Below, piece after piece: positions 8,278-9,029 of a DNA stretch of 9,029 nucleotides (position 1 is its first letter; each line of letters opens with the position of its first letter). The position numbers and the translations under genes are program-made. The notes beneath the pieces are model-generated. The model worked only from the letters and a program-made list of their open reading frames with translations, did no database searches and was not told where the DNA came from. Source of the stretch: a virus (Duplodnaviria; Heunggongvirae; Uroviricota; Caudoviricetes); the IMG/VR virus record IMGVR_UViG_2802429240_000001. The stretch is one strand, 5' to 3'.

Positions 8278-9029
8278 GTAAGCGGCTCGCCAGAACCGTA
8301 TTGATATTTACTGAGAGCTCAGATCAACTTTCCAGGGCAACAGATCGCGTACCCGGTTTGCCGGCCAGTCCTGGATATGCTCAATGACGTAACGCAGCCA
8401 TTTTTCTGGATCCACATTGTTCAGACGGCATGTGCCGATCAGCGAGTACAACACCGCCGCATGTTCGCCACCGCTGTCGGAACCCGCGAACAGCCAGTTT
8501 TTCCGGCCTACGGCCACTCCCCGTAAGGCGTTCTCTGCGATGTTGTTGTCGATTTCCACCCAGCCATTACTGCAGTACACGTTCAGGCCATCCCACTGTT
8601 TCAGCAGGTATGCGAACGCTTTTGCCGTATCTGAGTGACGCGACAGTGTTTTCATCTGTTGCTGTATCCAGTCATACAGTGACTGCATCAGTGGCGCGGC
8701 TCTGGCTTTTCTTGCCACCAGACGCTGTTCTGCTGAACAGCCCCGGACCTCTGCCTCGATGGCATACAGTTCACCGATACGCTGCAGGGCTTCCGTGGTG
8801 ATGTCGGTTGGCACTCTTGCATGCACATCGTGGATTTTTCTCCGGGCATGAGCCATACACGCGGCTTCCGTTATTCTGCCGGATTCGTATAACGCCCGGT
8901 AGCCACCGTAAGCATCGGCCTGAAGCACACCGCTGTAACCGGCCAGGTGATTTTGTGGATGGATACCTTTCCGGTCCGGACTGTACGCGAACCAGACCGC
9001 CGGGGGCATCTGTGAACCGGCGTTACGGT
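8278..9029 (-). mobile_element. IS66-family insertion sequence, partial: right end plus the 3' part of the transposase gene; the rest lies beyond the window
   Basis: The phage C frame is interrupted at about 8277/8278, where the plus strand reads GTAAGCGGCTCGCCAGAACCG; GTAAGCG is the terminus I associate with IS66-family inverted repeats. About 30 bp inward is the stop of an ORF carrying IS66 TnpC motifs. The exact boundary is uncertain by a few bp. Confidence 0.8.
8308..9029 (-). CDS. tnpC: IS66-family transposase (ORF3/TnpC-type), C-terminal ~240 aa; the 5' end lies beyond the window
   Basis: ORF ...[63 protein letters not shown]...; the DNNxAEN and GRKNWLF motifs are characteristic of IS66-family transposase C-termini. 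The frame stays open upstream of the first in-window Met (9009) to the window edge. Stop TAA at 8308..8310. Confidence 0.85.
   Translation of the reverse strand, partial: RNAGSQMPPAVWFAYSPDRKGIHPQNHLAGYSGVLQADAYGGYRALYESGRITEAACMAHARRKIHDVHARVPTDITTEALQRIGELYAIEAEVRGCSAEQRLVARKARAAPLMQSLYDWIQQQMKTLSRHSDTAKAFAYLLKQWDGLNVYCSNGWVEIDNNIAENALRGVAVGRKNWLFAGSDSGGEHAAVLYSLIGTCRLNNVDPEKWLRYVIEHIQDWPANRVRDLLPWKVDLSSQ

Noticed and set aside
8278-8310. Calling the IS a specific named element (for example ISEc8)
   Set aside because: The transposase motifs and GTAAGCG terminus support the IS66 family, but I cannot distinguish family members from memory; a database comparison is needed.
1-9029. CRISPR arrays, tRNA/rRNA genes, integrase or attachment sites, toxin-antitoxin or defence-island content
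   Set aside because: No direct-repeat/spacer periodicity, no tRNA-like cloverleaf candidates in the short intergenic gaps, and no coding capacity left unassigned; the window is wholly late structural genes plus the IS end.

Overview
This window is the late morphogenetic (head and tail) module of a lambda-like siphovirus prophage, with every gene on the minus strand. Reading in the direction of transcription (high to low coordinates) the order is C (3' remnant), D, E, FI, FII, Z, U, V, G and G-T, H, M, then the start of L, which runs off the left edge. I recognise the proteins directly from the translations, and their lengths, spacings and stop/start overlaps match lambda. The one structural anomaly is at the right edge: an IS66-family insertion sequence, co-oriented with the operon, interrupts gene C/Nu3 at about 8278 and runs off the window. 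This predicts a head-assembly-defective prophage and possible polarity on the downstream genes. I found no unassigned coding capacity, CRISPR array, tRNA or obvious novel system; the long plus-strand ORFs are antisense artefacts. Protein comparisons to lambda are from memory and no searches were run.
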